Source of the DNA: Thiotrichales bacterium
GTDB lineage: Bacteria > Pseudomonadota > Gammaproteobacteria > UBA5335 > SLRW01
Length of the DNA: 40,718 nucleotides
NCBI GenBank assembly: GCA_003567955.1
Contig: PWYF01000191.1
Coordinates: forward strand, 1 to 40,718
Direction of reading: 5' to 3'
Part shown: one piece after another, positions 7,193 to 18,619 of the stretch
Numbering within the stretch: the stretch's first letter is position 1
How the letters are laid out: every line of letters starts with the position of its first letter
The notes under the pieces: model-generated
Database searches by the model: none
What the model saw: only the letters and a program-made list of their open reading frames with translations
Told to the model about the DNA's origin: nothing
Made by a program: the position numbers and the translations under genes

Positions 7193-7234
7193 GAAGCTGA
7201 TACCCGCGCCGTTTACGGCCGCAGGTACGGCATA

Positions 7235-8161
7235 TTACTGCCCGGCTCTGACAAACTCCATGGGATCCACGGCACGGCCGTTATGCAGCACCTCGAAGTG
7301 CAGGTGCGGGCCGGTAGCCCGGCCGGTCTGCCCCACATCGGCAATCAGGTCGCCCCGGCGCACGGTATCGCCCACCTCAACGTGATTGACATCATTATGG
7401 GCGTAGCGGGTGCGATAGCCATTGCCGTGATTGATTTCCACCATGTAGCCATAGCCATGGCGCTTGCCAGACCAGGTCACCACGCCATCGGCCACGGCCT
7501 TGATGGGCGTACCGGTACGGGCAGCAAAATCAGTGCCAAAATGGCGTGTGCGCCGGCCGGTAAAGGGATCCGTGCGCACCCCGTAGCCGGATGAGATCCA
7601 GCCGCTGGTCACCGGCCGACCGGCAGGCATCACCTGATCCTGGAGGCTGCTGCTGCGCATGATGTCCTCAAGCACCACCAGCTGGCGATCACGGTAATCA
7701 ATGCGACTGGCCAGTTGCGCCAGGGCTTCGGAGAACTCGGCTGAGTACTGGCCAAAATCATCTTCGCCTTCGGTGGGACCACCCAGGGCCGGGCGGCGGG
7801 CAAAGTCAAACTCGCCATCATCAAGCTCTGCCATACTGGCCAGACGCTCGCCCAGTGCTTCCAGCCGGACCACCTGGGCCTGCAATTGCCCCAGCCGCAT
7901 GGACAGGGCCTGGACGTTTTCCTCGGCTTCGCGCGTGGCGCGGCGAATTTCCTCTTCCTGCTCGGCGAGTCGAGCCTGCCAGGTACGCGCCTGGGCATCC
8001 GGACTGGCCGCACCATGCGAGACAGCATACTGATACCCGGCGCCGAAAATACCACCCAGCATCAGCACCACCAGCAGCATGACGGGCAGCGCAATCACGG
8101 GCTGTCCGAGGCTGATCTGATGCAGGTGACCGCGTCGCCTGGTAAACAGGATGATGTTCAT
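7235..8161 (-). CDS. M23 family metallopeptidase with N-terminal TM helix and coiled coil
   Basis: HFGTD (HxxxD), TRYAHN and TGPHLHFEV (HxH). Conserved position between lpxC/dciA and secA. Confidence 0.92.
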   Translation of the reverse strand: MNIILFTRRRGHLHQISLGQPVIALPVMLLVVLMLGGIFGAGYQYAVSHGAASPDAQARTWQARLAEQEEEIRRATREAEENVQALSMRLGQLQAQVVRLEALGERLASMAELDDGEFDFARRPALGGPTEGEDDFGQYSAEFSEALAQLASRIDYRDRQLVVLEDIMRSSSLQDQVMPAGRPVTSGWISSGYGVRTDPFTGRRTRHFGTDFAARTGTPIKAVADGVVTWSGKRHGYGYMVEINHGNGYRTRYAHNDVNHVEVGDTVRRGDLIADVGQTGRATGPHLHFEVLHNGRAVDPMEFVRAGQ

Positions 8162-8236
8162 AATATGCTGACCCTGTGTGACGCCTGCCTTGCAAAAGGC
8201 GCAAAACCGACATCCTGTCAGAGCATTCCATCATCT

Positions 8237-8677
8237 ATGAGACCACGAGACCCCATAGCCCTGTCAAGCCTGGTCCGCAGCACGGGGGCGCTGGACAAGG
8301 TATTTGAACACACCCGGGAACTTGAAATCCTCAACCGGGAGTTGCGGGCTTTGCTGCCCGAGGCGCTGGCGGGGCATTGTGCCGTGGCCCGGTGTGACCA
8401 GAATGAACTGGCACTGGTGACTGACACCCCGGCACGTGCCGCGCGTGTGCGCTATATGAGCCGGGGCATTCTGGAAGGATTGCGAGAGCATATCAAGCCG
8501 CCGCCGGGGAAGATCAAGGTGTCGGTGGCACCGGTGCAACCGCTGGCGGAACAAGTTCCGATGAAACGGCAACTGTCGGCGGAAGCGGCCGCCAGACTGC
8601 GCAGCCTGGCAGATACGGTGGATGACAGGGAACTGGCCGCCAGCCTCCGGCGGCTGGCGTCACGGGCCGGCGACTGA
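8237..8677 (+). CDS. dciA: DciA (DUF721) replicative helicase loader family protein
   Basis: C-terminal 146 aa of track ORF 7886-8677, with LPEALAGHCAVA...LALVTDTPARAARVRY...IKVSV...LS.EAAARLRSLA..L.ASLRRLA. Opposite strand between lpxC and M23, as expected. Confidence 0.8.
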   Translation: MRPRDPIALSSLVRSTGALDKVFEHTRELEILNRELRALLPEALAGHCAVARCDQNELALVTDTPARAARVRYMSRGILEGLREHIKPPPGKIKVSVAPVQPLAEQVPMKRQLSAEAAARLRSLADTVDDRELAASLRRLASRAGD

Positions 8678-8701
8678 ACCCGGACTGCGCGAAACCGGCG
8701 C

Positions 8702-9613
8702 TCAGGCAGTCAGTGGGTTGAGGAAAGACACCGGGGCCTTGTCGGCCTCCTTGAATGTCACTTCCTCCCAGGCCTCCTGATCGGCCATCAGCGCCCGCAC
8801 CAGGCGGTTATTCAGATCGTGGCCCGAGCGATAGCCGGTAAAGCGGCCGATCAGGCTGTTGCCCATCAGGTAGAGGTCGCCGATCGCATCCAGGATCTTG
8901 TGTTTGACGAACTCATCCTCATAGCGCAGGCCGTCTTCATTGAGCACCCGGTAATCATCCACCACGATGGCGTTGTCCATGCTGCCACCGAGCGCCAGAT
9001 TGTTGTCACGCAGCATCTCGATTTCGCGCATGAAACCGAAAGTGCGTGCACGACTGACCTCACGCACAAAGGATGTGGTGGAGAAATCCACGCTGGCGCT
9101 GTGACTGTGGTTGCGGAACACCGGATGATCAAACTCGATGGTGAAATCCACCTGAAAACCGTCATGCGGATCAAAGCGGGCCCACTTGCCCTCGTCTTCC
9201 ACCACCACCGGTCGCTTGATGCGAATAAAGCGCTTGGGCGCATCCTGCTCCTCGATACCCGCGGACTGGATCAGAAACACAAACGGACCGGCGCTGCCAT
9301 CCATGATCGGCACTTCCGGCGCACTCAGCTCAACCACGGCATTATCAATGCCCAGACCGGCCATGGCGGACAACAAATGCTCCACCGTGGCGACCCGGAC
9401 CGCGCCATCGCAAAGCGCCGTGCACAGGCGGGTATCGCCCACCTTGTCGGCCCGCGCAAGGATCTCATTGTCGGGGCCGTCCATATCCGTACGGCGGAAG
9501 ACGATACCGTGATCGGCCGGCGCCGGGCGCAGGGTCATATAGACCTTTTCACCCGAATGCAGACCAATACCGGTGGCCCGGATCATGTTTTTCAAAGTCC
9601 GTTGACGAAGCAT
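8702..9613 (-). CDS. lpxC: UDP-3-O-acyl-N-acetylglucosamine deacetylase
   Basis: [36 protein letters not shown] and SGHDLN. Confidence 0.97.
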   Translation of the reverse strand: MLRQRTLKNMIRATGIGLHSGEKVYMTLRPAPADHGIVFRRTDMDGPDNEILARADKVGDTRLCTALCDGAVRVATVEHLLSAMAGLGIDNAVVELSAPEVPIMDGSAGPFVFLIQSAGIEEQDAPKRFIRIKRPVVVEDEGKWARFDPHDGFQVDFTIEFDHPVFRNHSHSASVDFSTTSFVREVSRARTFGFMREIEMLRDNNLALGGSMDNAIVVDDYRVLNEDGLRYEDEFVKHKILDAIGDLYLMGNSLIGRFTGYRSGHDLNNRLVRALMADQEAWEEVTFKEADKAPVSFLNPLTA

Positions 9614-9856
9614 ACCTGGGGTTACCCTGGGTTTGGCGCGGGACCTGGTCGGCCGTTTGCGACCGGCTGTCCCGACTGATCGGGGGCTAGGCTGTGCCAT
9701 GACAGACCAGGTCGTCACCACCACCAGCACGGGCAATCCATTTCGCCCCGGCTGTGAGTTGGTGTCCGACCCGCTCCCTGTTCACGTTCAGCCCACCGCA
9801 ATGGGCGATATTATAACTGCTTTTCATAACGCACGCACCTCCCGGGCACTTGCCCT

Positions 9857-11005
9857 TCAGTCGGCCTGGCGCCGCAAAAATGCCGGCACATCAAGGTATT
9901 CCATGTCAGCATCGCTACCGGCGGTCACATCACTGCCTTCGGCCCGCTTCTTGCGGATCACCGTGGGCCGATCAAGCTGGGCGTAGTCCACTTCACCCGC
10001 GCTGTTGTGCTGCACGGGTCGCACCGGCTTGTCGGTGATGCGGTTCAGTGCATGCTCCAGCCCGGTTGCAACCACGGTCACCCGCAGTTCGCCGGTAATT
10101 TCAGGATCAATGACCGTACCCACAACCACGGTGGCGTCTTCCGAGGCGACTTCCTTGACGCAGTTGCCAACCTCTTCAAACTCACCAATAGACAGGTCCA
10201 TGCCAGCCGTTACATTGACCAGGATGCCGCGGGCCCCGGCGAGGTTGAACTCTTCCAGCAACGGACTCGACAACGCCGCATCGGCTGCGGTACGGGCACG
10301 ATTTTCGCCGGAGGCCATACCGGAACCCATCATTGCCATACCCATCTCGGACATCACGGTGCGTACGTCGGCAAAGTCCACATTGATGAGACCAGGCCGG
10401 GTAATCAGCTCGGCAATCCCGGACACCGCATTGAGCAACACCTTGTCCGCGGACTTGAAAGCGTCGAGCAAACCGGCATCCTTGCCCAGCACCGTGAGCA
10501 GCTTCTCGTTGGGAATGGTGATCAGCGAATCCACGTGTTTGGCCAGACTGGCAATCCCTTCCCGGGCCACGTGCATGCGCTTGTTGCCCTCAAACGGAAA
10601 GGGCTTGGTGACCACGGCCACCACCAGAATGCCCATCTCCCGGGCCAGCTCGGCCACCACCGGTGCCGCGCCGGTGCCCGTACCACCGCCCATGCCGGCG
10701 GTCACGAACAGCATGTCGGTGCCTTCGATGACTTCCTGGATCCTTTCGCGATCCTCCAGCGCGGCCTGGCGGCCCACTTCCGGGTCAGCTCCGGCGCCCA
10801 GGCCCTTGGTGATACCACAGCCGAGCTGCAGCACCGTCCCTGCAGTACTGTTTTTCAGCGCCTGGGCGTCGGTGTTGGCGTAGATAAACTCCACCCCCTC
10901 GACACCGGCCGTTGACATATTCTGGACAGCGTTGCCACCGCCGCCCCCGACACCGATTACCTTGATCACGGCGTTTTGACTATATGCATCCATCAGTTCA
11001 AACAT
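9857..11005 (-). CDS. ftsZ: Cell division GTPase FtsZ
   Basis: GGGTGTG tubulin motif, INVDFADV and C-terminal peptide YLDVPAFLRRQAD. Starts MFELMD after an A/G-rich SD. Confidence 0.98.
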   Translation of the reverse strand: MFELMDAYSQNAVIKVIGVGGGGGNAVQNMSTAGVEGVEFIYANTDAQALKNSTAGTVLQLGCGITKGLGAGADPEVGRQAALEDRERIQEVIEGTDMLFVTAGMGGGTGTGAAPVVAELAREMGILVVAVVTKPFPFEGNKRMHVAREGIASLAKHVDSLITIPNEKLLTVLGKDAGLLDAFKSADKVLLNAVSGIAELITRPGLINVDFADVRTVMSEMGMAMMGSGMASGENRARTAADAALSSPLLEEFNLAGARGILVNVTAGMDLSIGEFEEVGNCVKEVASEDATVVVGTVIDPEITGELRVTVVATGLEHALNRITDKPVRPVQHNSAGEVDYAQLDRPTVIRKKRAEGSDVTAGSDADMEYLDVPAFLRRQAD

Positions 11006-11046
11006 GATTCCGCCCTCCTCTTGAATTCGGGCCTTGCACAAAAATT

Positions 11047-12282
11047 TCAGAAGTTGCCTTCAAACCAGTTCTTCATCCGTTGCCACAAACCATCAAACGT
11101 CAAACCGACGTTCGCCCTTTGCTGGTTAGCCAGCATGTTCTCCCTGCCCAGTAACAGCAGCCCCACGCCCGTAGCGCACATGGGGTTGCTGACCACATCC
11201 GACAGACCCGTCACGTACTGGGGGATACCCAGTCTCACCGGCATGTGAAACACCTCCTCCGCCAGATCCACCGCGCCTTCCATGCGCGAGGTACCGCCGG
11301 TCAGAACAATGCCGGCAGCAATCTGCTCCTCGAACCCGCTGCGCCGCAGCTCGGCCTGCACCAGGTTGAACAGCTCTTCGTAACGTGGCTCAACCACCTC
11401 GGCCAGGGTCTGCCGGGCCAGCCGCCGGGCCGGGCGATCCCCCACGCTGGGGACATCGATGCTTTCGTCCGTGCTGGCAAGCTGCGACAGGGCGCAGGCG
11501 TATTTCAGCTTGATCTCTTCGGCATGATGCGTCGGTGTGCGCAGGGCCACGGCAATGTCATTGGTGACCTGGTCGCCGGCAATGGGAATTACCGCGGTAT
11601 GGCGAATCGCACCTTCAGTAAACACCGCCATGTCAGTCGTGCCGCCGCCAATATCCACCAGGCACACACCCAGTTCGCGCTCGTCCTGGGTGAGTACGGC
11701 GTGACTGGAAGCGAGTTGCTCAAGCACCACATCATCGACCTCCAGCCCGCATCGATTGACGCACTTGACGATGTTCTGCACCGCCGACAGGGCGCCGGTC
11801 ACCATGTGCACCTTGGCCTGCAGGCGCACCCCGAACATGCCGATCGGTTCGCGCACCCCTTCCTGGTCATCAATGATGAATTCCTGCGGCAGGATATGGA
11901 GGATCTTCTGATCCGCCGGGATGGCCACGGCCCGCGCGGCATCAATGACCCGGTCCACATCACTCTGGGAGACTTCCTTGTCGCTGATGGAAGCAATGCC
12001 GTGAGAGTTCAGGCTCTTGACGTGACTGCCGGCAATCCCGGTATACACCGAGTGAATTTCACAACCGGCCATCAGCTCCGCTTCCTCCACGGCCCGCTGG
12101 ATGGACTGCACGGTGGATTCGATGTTGACCACCACGCCTTTTTTCATGCCGCGCGAGGGATGCGAGCCCACACCGATAATCTCCACCGTATCGTCGGCAG
12201 TGATTTCGGCGACGATGGCCATCACCTTGGAGGTCCCGATATCCAGACCCACAATCAGATTCTGTTCCGGTTTCCGCGTCAT
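11047..12282 (-). CDS. ftsA: Cell division protein FtsA
   Basis: GLDIGTSK, VDIGGGTTD and C-terminal amphipathic helix WQRMKNWFEGNF. Confidence 0.98.
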   Translation of the reverse strand: MTRKPEQNLIVGLDIGTSKVMAIVAEITADDTVEIIGVGSHPSRGMKKGVVVNIESTVQSIQRAVEEAELMAGCEIHSVYTGIAGSHVKSLNSHGIASISDKEVSQSDVDRVIDAARAVAIPADQKILHILPQEFIIDDQEGVREPIGMFGVRLQAKVHMVTGALSAVQNIVKCVNRCGLEVDDVVLEQLASSHAVLTQDERELGVCLVDIGGGTTDMAVFTEGAIRHTAVIPIAGDQVTNDIAVALRTPTHHAEEIKLKYACALSQLASTDESIDVPSVGDRPARRLARQTLAEVVEPRYEELFNLVQAELRRSGFEEQIAAGIVLTGGTSRMEGAVDLAEEVFHMPVRLGIPQYVTGLSDVVSNPMCATGVGLLLLGRENMLANQQRANVGLTFDGLWQRMKNWFEGNF

Positions 12283-12288
12283 CTGCTG

Positions 12289-13041
12289 TTATCCCCCTTC
12301 AGCGTCGCGTTCACGTTCCGCGACCGCAAACCCATTGGTGTAGCGCAAGTCCACGTAACGCACCCGCATCACACGATCAGCAATCTCAGGCCAGCCATGG
12401 CGGAGAAAACGCTCGGCCTGCACCAGCGGATCCGCCGTGCCCAACCGGACTTCCACCCCCTGCGCCAGCACCATGCGCCAGCTGCCCCGACGGTCCAGCA
12501 ACAGCTGCGAGGCCATCAGTTCGTGACTGGCCAGTCGGGGGTGCAATTCACGCCACACCGCCAACATCTCGGCCGAGCGCTCCGGCGGGCCGTTAAACAC
12601 GGGCAGATCAACCAGCGATGCCGGCGCCGATGCCTCAAACAGTTCGCCCCGCTCATTGACCAGCCCGGTTTCACCCCAGCGCGCGACAGCCTGGTGTTCC
12701 TCCAGCGCCACGTGTATTCCATCCGGCCAGACCCGCCGCAGACGAACTTTGTCCACCCATGGCATGCTCGACAATTCGTCTTCCAGCTGCGACAGATCCA
12801 GCCCCATAATCCGTTCGCCCTGCCACGGCCGCAGCACGTCAGCCACGGCGGCCTCGTTCACCTGCGCGAAGGGCGCCGACACCTGCACCTGTGCCAGCCC
12901 GGTCTGGGCCAGCATGGCGCGGGTCCCGAACACCAGCGCGGCGGCAAAAATCAGCCCGAACATCACCACCCCCGTCCAGGGCCGCAAGCGGGGCCAGCGG
13001 CGCACGCCGGTCTCTGTTTGTCTGCGCGCCTGGGCTTTCAT
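12289..13041 (-). CDS. ftsQ: Cell division protein FtsQ
   Basis: TM segment, POTRA-like MPWVDKVRLRRVWPD and C-terminal YVDLRYTNGFAV. ATGA overlap with the ddl stop. Confidence 0.93.
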   Translation of the reverse strand: MKAQARRQTETGVRRWPRLRPWTGVVMFGLIFAAALVFGTRAMLAQTGLAQVQVSAPFAQVNEAAVADVLRPWQGERIMGLDLSQLEDELSSMPWVDKVRLRRVWPDGIHVALEEHQAVARWGETGLVNERGELFEASAPASLVDLPVFNGPPERSAEMLAVWRELHPRLASHELMASQLLLDRRGSWRMVLAQGVEVRLGTADPLVQAERFLRHGWPEIADRVMRVRYVDLRYTNGFAVAERERDAEGG

Positions 13042-13997
13042 GGCTGACCTCCCCCGCTCGCAACCAGACTGGTTTCCAGAATCGCCCAGACCAGGGTTTC
13101 GAAATCCATACCTGCGGCAGCGGCGGACATGGGTACCAGGCTGTGATCGGTCATGCCCGGCACCGCATTGAGTTCCAGCAATCCGATCTCGCCCGCGCCG
13201 TCGAGCATGAAATCCACTCTTCCCCAGCCCCGGGCATCGAGCCCATCGAAGGCACGGCGGCACAATTCGCCGATACGCGCCTCGGTATCCTCGTCAAGCC
13301 CGCAGGGGCAGAGATAGCGGGTCTGGTCCGAGTCATACTTGGCCTGGTAGTCATAAAAGGCGTGCGGGGTTTCCAGCCGAATCATCGGCAACACCTGCCC
13401 CTGCAACAGCGTGGCGGTATATTCCCCGCCGTCTACCCAGGCCTCGGCAAGCACCCGTGTATCCAGCGCCATTGCTTCACGCCAGGCCGCCAGCATGTCG
13501 GCCTGGCGCTCGACCTTGCTGATGCCGATACTGGAGCCCTCGCGCGAGGGCTTGATTACCAGCGGCAGTCCCAGGCGGGCCACCGCCGTGGCCAAATCCG
13601 CTTCCTCGCGCAACCAGCAGTAGTCCGGCGTGGGCAGCCCCTGGGCCTGCCACAGCTGTTTGCTGCGCAACTTGTCCATACTCAGGGCACAGCCCATCAC
13701 GCCACTGCCGGTATAGGGGATAGCCAACGCCTCAAGCACGCCCTGAACCACACCGTCCTCGCCGCCACGTCCGTGCAGGGCGACAAAGGCCCGGTCAAAG
13801 CCGGGCAGCCCGGCCAATTCGCCACGCTTGAGGTCAACGCCCTCGGCCTGCACGCCGGCACGCTGCAGCGCCGCAAGCACGGCCTGACCACTGCGCAGGG
13901 AAATCTCGCGCTCGGCCGACCAGCCACCCATAAGCACGGCAACCCGACCAAAGTCCTGTGGTCGGGAGACTTGCGGTTGCCAGTCCAGGCGCATCAT
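13038..13997 (-). CDS. ddl: D-alanine--D-alanine ligase
   Basis: GGWSAEREISLRSG, LHGRGGEDG, EGSSIG and ELNAVPGMT. Confidence 0.96.
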   Translation of the reverse strand: MMRLDWQPQVSRPQDFGRVAVLMGGWSAEREISLRSGQAVLAALQRAGVQAEGVDLKRGELAGLPGFDRAFVALHGRGGEDGVVQGVLEALAIPYTGSGVMGCALSMDKLRSKQLWQAQGLPTPDYCWLREEADLATAVARLGLPLVIKPSREGSSIGISKVERQADMLAAWREAMALDTRVLAEAWVDGGEYTATLLQGQVLPMIRLETPHAFYDYQAKYDSDQTRYLCPCGLDEDTEARIGELCRRAFDGLDARGWGRVDFMLDGAGEIGLLELNAVPGMTDHSLVPMSAAAAGMDFETLVWAILETSLVASGGGQP

Positions 13998-14887
13998 GCC
14001 GGCCTCCCCACAATCTGCACTTCAGGCTCGAGCAGGACGTCGAAACGCGCCTGCACCGTGTCGCGCACATGCGTAATCAGCGCCTCCATGTCCCCGGCCC
14101 GGGCCGCCCCGGTATTGACGATGAAATTGGCATGCTTGTCCGAAACCCGGGCGCCGCCGATGGCAAACCCCTTGAGCCCGACGGCCTCGATCAAGCGGGC
14201 AGCGTGATCGCCAGGCGGATTGCGGAACACCGATCCACAGCTGGGCTCGCCCGTGGGCTGGGTGGCCCCGCGGCGGGCCAGCATCTCGCGAATCCTCGCA
14301 CGCCCTTCACCATCTGCATCGGTCTCAAATCGCAGTCGCGCTGCGACGAACCATTCATCCCGTGGCCCGGCCACCGTGCGATAACCAATCTGATATTCAG
14401 CCGGCTGACGCCAGTGGACCCGGCCCTGACGGTCCATCACCTGGACTTCACACACACGCTCCCAGGTCTCTCCGCCAAAAGCTCCGGCATTCATCGCCAG
14501 GGCACCGCCCAGCGTGCCCGGGATACCGGCAAAGAACTCGCCGCCAGCCAGCCCCTGACGCACACTCTGGCGGGCAATCCGGGCACAGGGCACACCGGCT
14601 CCGGCCAGCACCTGTCCATCCGTCTCGAAGACCAGCCCCGACAACGCGCCGTGCACCGCAATCACGCTGCCCTCCAGGCCGCCATCACGTACCAGCAGGT
14701 TGCTGCCCAGACCTACCCAGTACACCGGCTCGCCGGGATCAAGCTGGCGCATGTACTCGGCCAGATCATTCACATCCGCCGGCCGGAAAAAGCGGGCCGC
14801 ACAGCCGCCCACACGCCAGGAGGTATGCCGGGACATGGGCTCGTTGTAGCGCAACTCGCCGCGCAGGGATTCCGCCATCGCCATCAT
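13994..14887 (-). CDS. murB: UDP-N-acetylmuramate dehydrogenase
   Basis: [31 protein letters not shown] and KHANFIVN. Confidence 0.96.
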   Translation of the reverse strand: MMAMAESLRGELRYNEPMSRHTSWRVGGCAARFFRPADVNDLAEYMRQLDPGEPVYWVGLGSNLLVRDGGLEGSVIAVHGALSGLVFETDGQVLAGAGVPCARIARQSVRQGLAGGEFFAGIPGTLGGALAMNAGAFGGETWERVCEVQVMDRQGRVHWRQPAEYQIGYRTVAGPRDEWFVAARLRFETDADGEGRARIREMLARRGATQPTGEPSCGSVFRNPPGDHAARLIEAVGLKGFAIGGARVSDKHANFIVNTGAARAGDMEALITHVRDTVQARFDVLLEPEVQIVGRPA

Positions 14888-16326
14888 GGGGCCGCCTCCG
14901 CTGCCAGTGCCGCCGGCAGTGCTGCCGACGCCGTGCCTATATCACCCGCGCCCAGGGTCAGGATCACATCACCCTCCCGAAGCACACCGCCCAACGCCTC
15001 CGCCAACTCGTCCAGGCGGGGCACAAAAACCGGCTCAACCCGACCCCGGGTGCGCACCGCACGGCTCAGGGCGCGGCCGTCGGCATCCTTGACCGGCGCT
15101 TCGCCCGCGGCATAGACCTCACACAACACCAGGCAGTCCGCCTGCGAAAGCACACGGGTAAAGTCTTCGAACAAGTCGCGTGTGCGGCTGTAGCGATGCG
15201 GCTGGAACACCACCACCAACCGGCGCCCGGGCCAGGCTTCACGTACAGCCCGCATGGTGGCCTCGATTTCCCGCGGGTGATGACCATAATCATCCACCAG
15301 CAACACCTGCCCGGCCGGGGTCTGGATGTCGCCATGGATCTGCAAACGCCGGCCAATGCCCTGGAAACCCGCCAGCGCCGACTGAATTGCTTCCGGCGCC
15401 ACGCCCAGTTCATGGCCCACAGCTATGGCCGCCAGCGCGTTGAGCACGTTGTGGCGCCCGGGCATATTGAGCACCAGCGATAATGGCTTGTCGCGATCCG
15501 GCAGCGACACCTTGAGACGGGTCGTTTCTCCCCCGGGGGCAATATCAAAGCCGCGCACGGCGGCATCACTGTCAAGGCCATAGGTCAGCACCGGCCGACT
15601 GACTTCATCCAGCAGCGCCCGCACCACCGGATCATCAATACACATGACGGCCAGACCATAAAAAGGCAGGTTGTGCAGGAAGCGGACAAAGGTTTGGCGC
15701 AGGCGGTCAAAATCACCGCCATAGGTGTCCAGGTGGTCCGCATCGATATTCGTGACCACCGCCATCAGCGGTTGCAGATGCAGGAACGAGGCATCACTTT
15801 CATCCGCCTCGGCCACCAGATAATATCCAGAGCCCAGTCGCGCATTAACACCGGCGCTGTTGAGCCGCCCACCGATCACAAAGGTGGGATCAAGCCCGGC
15901 CTCGGCCAGCACGCTGGCGACCAGACTGGTGGTGGTCGTCTTGCCGTGGGTGCCAGCCACCGCAATGCCATGACGGAAACGCATCAGTTCGGCCAGCATT
16001 TCCGCGCGCGGCACCACCGGGATGCGTCGCGCGTGCGCTGCCTGCACTTCCGGGTTGGCACTGTCGACAGCACTGGAAACCACAACCACGTCCACCTCGG
16101 CAACGGCTTCGGCGCTGTGGCCACAGGCGATACGCGCGCCCAGCCCGGCCAGCCGCTGCGTCGCCGGGCTTTCGCGCAGATCCGAGCCACTGATCTCATA
16201 GCCCAGGTTCAACAACACCTCGGCAATACCCGACATACCGGCACCACCGATACCCACGAAATGGATCCGGCGAATCCGGCCCATCCAGGCCTGTAACGGA
16301 TTGTGTTGTGGCGCCTGCGCGCTCAT
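14884..16326 (-). CDS. murC: UDP-N-acetylmuramate--L-alanine ligase
   Basis: [35 protein letters not shown] and FQPHRYSRT. Confidence 0.97.
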   Translation of the reverse strand: MSAQAPQHNPLQAWMGRIRRIHFVGIGGAGMSGIAEVLLNLGYEISGSDLRESPATQRLAGLGARIACGHSAEAVAEVDVVVVSSAVDSANPEVQAAHARRIPVVPRAEMLAELMRFRHGIAVAGTHGKTTTTSLVASVLAEAGLDPTFVIGGRLNSAGVNARLGSGYYLVAEADESDASFLHLQPLMAVVTNIDADHLDTYGGDFDRLRQTFVRFLHNLPFYGLAVMCIDDPVVRALLDEVSRPVLTYGLDSDAAVRGFDIAPGGETTRLKVSLPDRDKPLSLVLNMPGRHNVLNALAAIAVGHELGVAPEAIQSALAGFQGIGRRLQIHGDIQTPAGQVLLVDDYGHHPREIEATMRAVREAWPGRRLVVVFQPHRYSRTRDLFEDFTRVLSQADCLVLCEVYAAGEAPVKDADGRALSRAVRTRGRVEPVFVPRLDELAEALGGVLREGDVILTLGAGDIGTASAALPAALAAEAAP

Positions 16327-17411
16327 CTCACACCTCCGGCCTGTATCAGGGCATCCGCCAGCGCTGTCGCCGCATCCGGCCGGGCCAGGGCACGGCCGGC
16401 GAGGGCCATGGCCCGCCGCCGTTCACCATCAGTCAGCAGGGGCGCCAGGGTTTCACTCAGGCGTTCTGCCGTCAGTTGCGACTGCGGCAACAACACAGCC
16501 GCGCCGGCAGCCACCAGCGGCGCAGCATTGTGTGTCTGGTGGTCATCCACCGCATACGGATACGGCACCAGCACGGCAGGCACTCCGGCCGCACTCAATT
16601 CCGCCACGGTGAGTGCCCCGGCGCGGGCCAGCACCACATCGGCCCGGGCATAGGCCGCGGCCATGTCCTCTATAAAGGGGGTCACCTCAACCTCACCGGC
16701 ATAATCACGCCAGGCAAGCCGGGCTTCCTCCAGGTGGGCCTGCCCGCACTGGTGCAACACTTTGGGCTGAGTGGCCCGATCAAGTTGCAACAACGCTCCG
16801 GGCACCATCTGGTTGATTGAGCGAGCGCCCTGGCTGCCACCCAGGATCAGCAGTTGCACCGCTTCACCCTGGCGGGCCTGCAAGCGTGCTTCCGGCGTTG
16901 CCAATGAAGCGATATCCGCACGCACCGGATTGCCAATTACTCTGGCGCCGACGCGCGTCGGGAAGGTGTGATCAAAAGCGCACAGCACCTCACCGCCGAG
17001 ACGCGCCAGAATCCGGTTGGTCAGCCCGGGAATGGCGTTCTGTTCATGAATGACCAGGGGATAGCGCAGCAGCCAGGCCATCAACCCGCCGGGGCCGGCG
17101 GCGAATCCGCCCATACTCAGCACCACCGCCGGTCGCACCCGGGCAAGCACCCGCCATGCCTGCCAAAGCGCCCGGGCAAGCACCAGCGGAGCACCCAGCC
17201 AGCGTCGCCAGCCGCTGCCCCGCAGGCCGCGAATATCCAGATGATGCAGGGGAATTCCGGCCGCCGGGACGACCCGGGCTTCAAGGCCGGCAGCCGTGCC
17301 CAGCCAGCGCACCGGGATATCACGCTGGCGCAATACTTCAGCGACCGCCAGCCCCGGGAACACATGGCCACCGGTGCCCCCGGCCATAATCAGTACCGGC
17401 CGCGCGCTCAT
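16323..17411 (-). CDS. murG: Undecaprenyl-PP-MurNAc-pentapeptide GlcNAc transferase
   Basis: [27 protein letters not shown] and DDHQTHNA. Confidence 0.97.
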   Translation of the reverse strand: MSARPVLIMAGGTGGHVFPGLAVAEVLRQRDIPVRWLGTAAGLEARVVPAAGIPLHHLDIRGLRGSGWRRWLGAPLVLARALWQAWRVLARVRPAVVLSMGGFAAGPGGLMAWLLRYPLVIHEQNAIPGLTNRILARLGGEVLCAFDHTFPTRVGARVIGNPVRADIASLATPEARLQARQGEAVQLLILGGSQGARSINQMVPGALLQLDRATQPKVLHQCGQAHLEEARLAWRDYAGEVEVTPFIEDMAAAYARADVVLARAGALTVAELSAAGVPAVLVPYPYAVDDHQTHNAAPLVAAGAAVLLPQSQLTAERLSETLAPLLTDGERRRAMALAGRALARPDAATALADALIQAGGVR

Positions 17412-18619
17412 GCCACACCTCCCCGCGCACCCGGTGCTCGCACCTCAATCGCTACCCGAAGCACGATCGCCACGACCACGGCCATCACCAGCAAACTGCT
17501 GCCGCCGTAGCTCATCAGCGGCAACGTCAGGCCCTTGGTCGGCAGCAGCCCCATGTTGACGCCAATATTGACGAAGACCTGCAAACCCATCCAGGCACCC
17601 AGGCCGTAGACCAGGTACGCGGCGAACCAGCGCCCGGCGGTAGCGGCTTCGCCGGCAATCACCAGCATGCGCCAGACCACCACCGCGTACAGCGCGATAA
17701 TGGTCACCGACCCCACCAGCCCGAGTTCCTCGGCGATAATGGCAAACAGGAAATCCGTATGCGCCTCGGGCAGGTAAAACATTTTCTGCATGCTCGCCCC
17801 CAGCCCCGCACCCAGCCACTGGCCAGAGCCAATCGCCATCAGCGACTGGGTCAACTGAAAACCGGAGTTGAAGGGGTCAGCCCAGGGGTTAAGAAATCCG
17901 GTAAAGCGCGCCATGCGATAGGGTGAGCTCCAGACCAGAAACAACATGGCTGCCAGCGAGCCCGAAAACAGCAAGACAAAATAGCCCAGCCGCACCCCGG
18001 CCAGGTAAAACATGATCAGGGCCGCCGCCACCAGTACTGCCGCAGCCCCGAAATCCGGCTGCATCAACAACAGCGAGACGGCAAGACTGAGCACCAGCAT
18101 GGGTCGCAAAAAGGCGCCAATACCGACACGCAGTTCGGCATGCTGGCGCACCAGGTAGCCGGCCAGGTAGATCAGCAGGAACAGTCGCGCCGGCTCCGAG
18201 ACCTGGAGCTGGAACAAGCCCAGATCAATCCAGCGCGTGCTGCCGTTCACGGTCTTGCCCACGCCAGGCACCAGCACCAGTAACAACATCAACAGGGCAA
18301 GCCCCATCAGCACATAGCCCGAGCGCTCCCATAATCGTAGCGGTAATTGCAGCGTGAGGAATGCGGCCACCAGGGCCAGCAGCAGATAGATACTCTGGCG
18401 GGTGAAGTAGTGCCAGGGGTTACCCATCATGCGATCAGCCATGGGCATGGACGCTGAAGTCACCATCACCAGGCCCAGCGTGACCAGCGCCAGCACGGCC
18501 AGCAGCAGCGGGGTATCCAGGCGCGAAAGCACGCCCGCACGCTCGCCCGGGCGCATCCCCGTCGCGGCTCGCGGAGCACTGCCCGGAAGGCTGATGCCAC
18601 TGTTATAGATACTGGTCAT
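17408..18619 (-). CDS. ftsW: SEDS peptidoglycan polymerase FtsW
   Basis: Multi-TM protein with LPEAHTDF and LPTKGLTLPLMSYGGSS. Confidence 0.96.
   Translation of the reverse strand: MTSIYNSGISLPGSAPRAATGMRPGERAGVLSRLDTPLLLAVLALVTLGLVMVTSASMPMADRMMGNPWHYFTRQSIYLLLALVAAFLTLQLPLRLWERSGYVLMGLALLMLLLVLVPGVGKTVNGSTRWIDLGLFQLQVSEPARLFLLIYLAGYLVRQHAELRVGIGAFLRPMLVLSLAVSLLLMQPDFGAAAVLVAAALIMFYLAGVRLGYFVLLFSGSLAAMLFLVWSSPYRMARFTGFLNPWADPFNSGFQLTQSLMAIGSGQWLGAGLGASMQKMFYLPEAHTDFLFAIIAEELGLVGSVTIIALYAVVVWRMLVIAGEAATAGRWFAAYLVYGLGAWMGLQVFVNIGVNMGLLPTKGLTLPLMSYGGSSLLVMAVVVAIVLRVAIEVRAPGARGGVA

Noticed and set aside
6999-7234. Possible secM-like leader peptide upstream of secA (ORF 6995-7186)
   Set aside because: It has no SecM arrest motif or convincing signal peptide, and it begins inside the hairpin. 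The region looks like a terminator plus promoter.
11245-13047. Long plus-strand ORFs antisense to core genes (also 2671-4014, 24513-25715, 36754-38358, 38300-39805)
   Set aside because: These are shadow ORFs typical of high-GC coding DNA. They fully overlap well-supported minus-strand genes and have no recognisable motifs.
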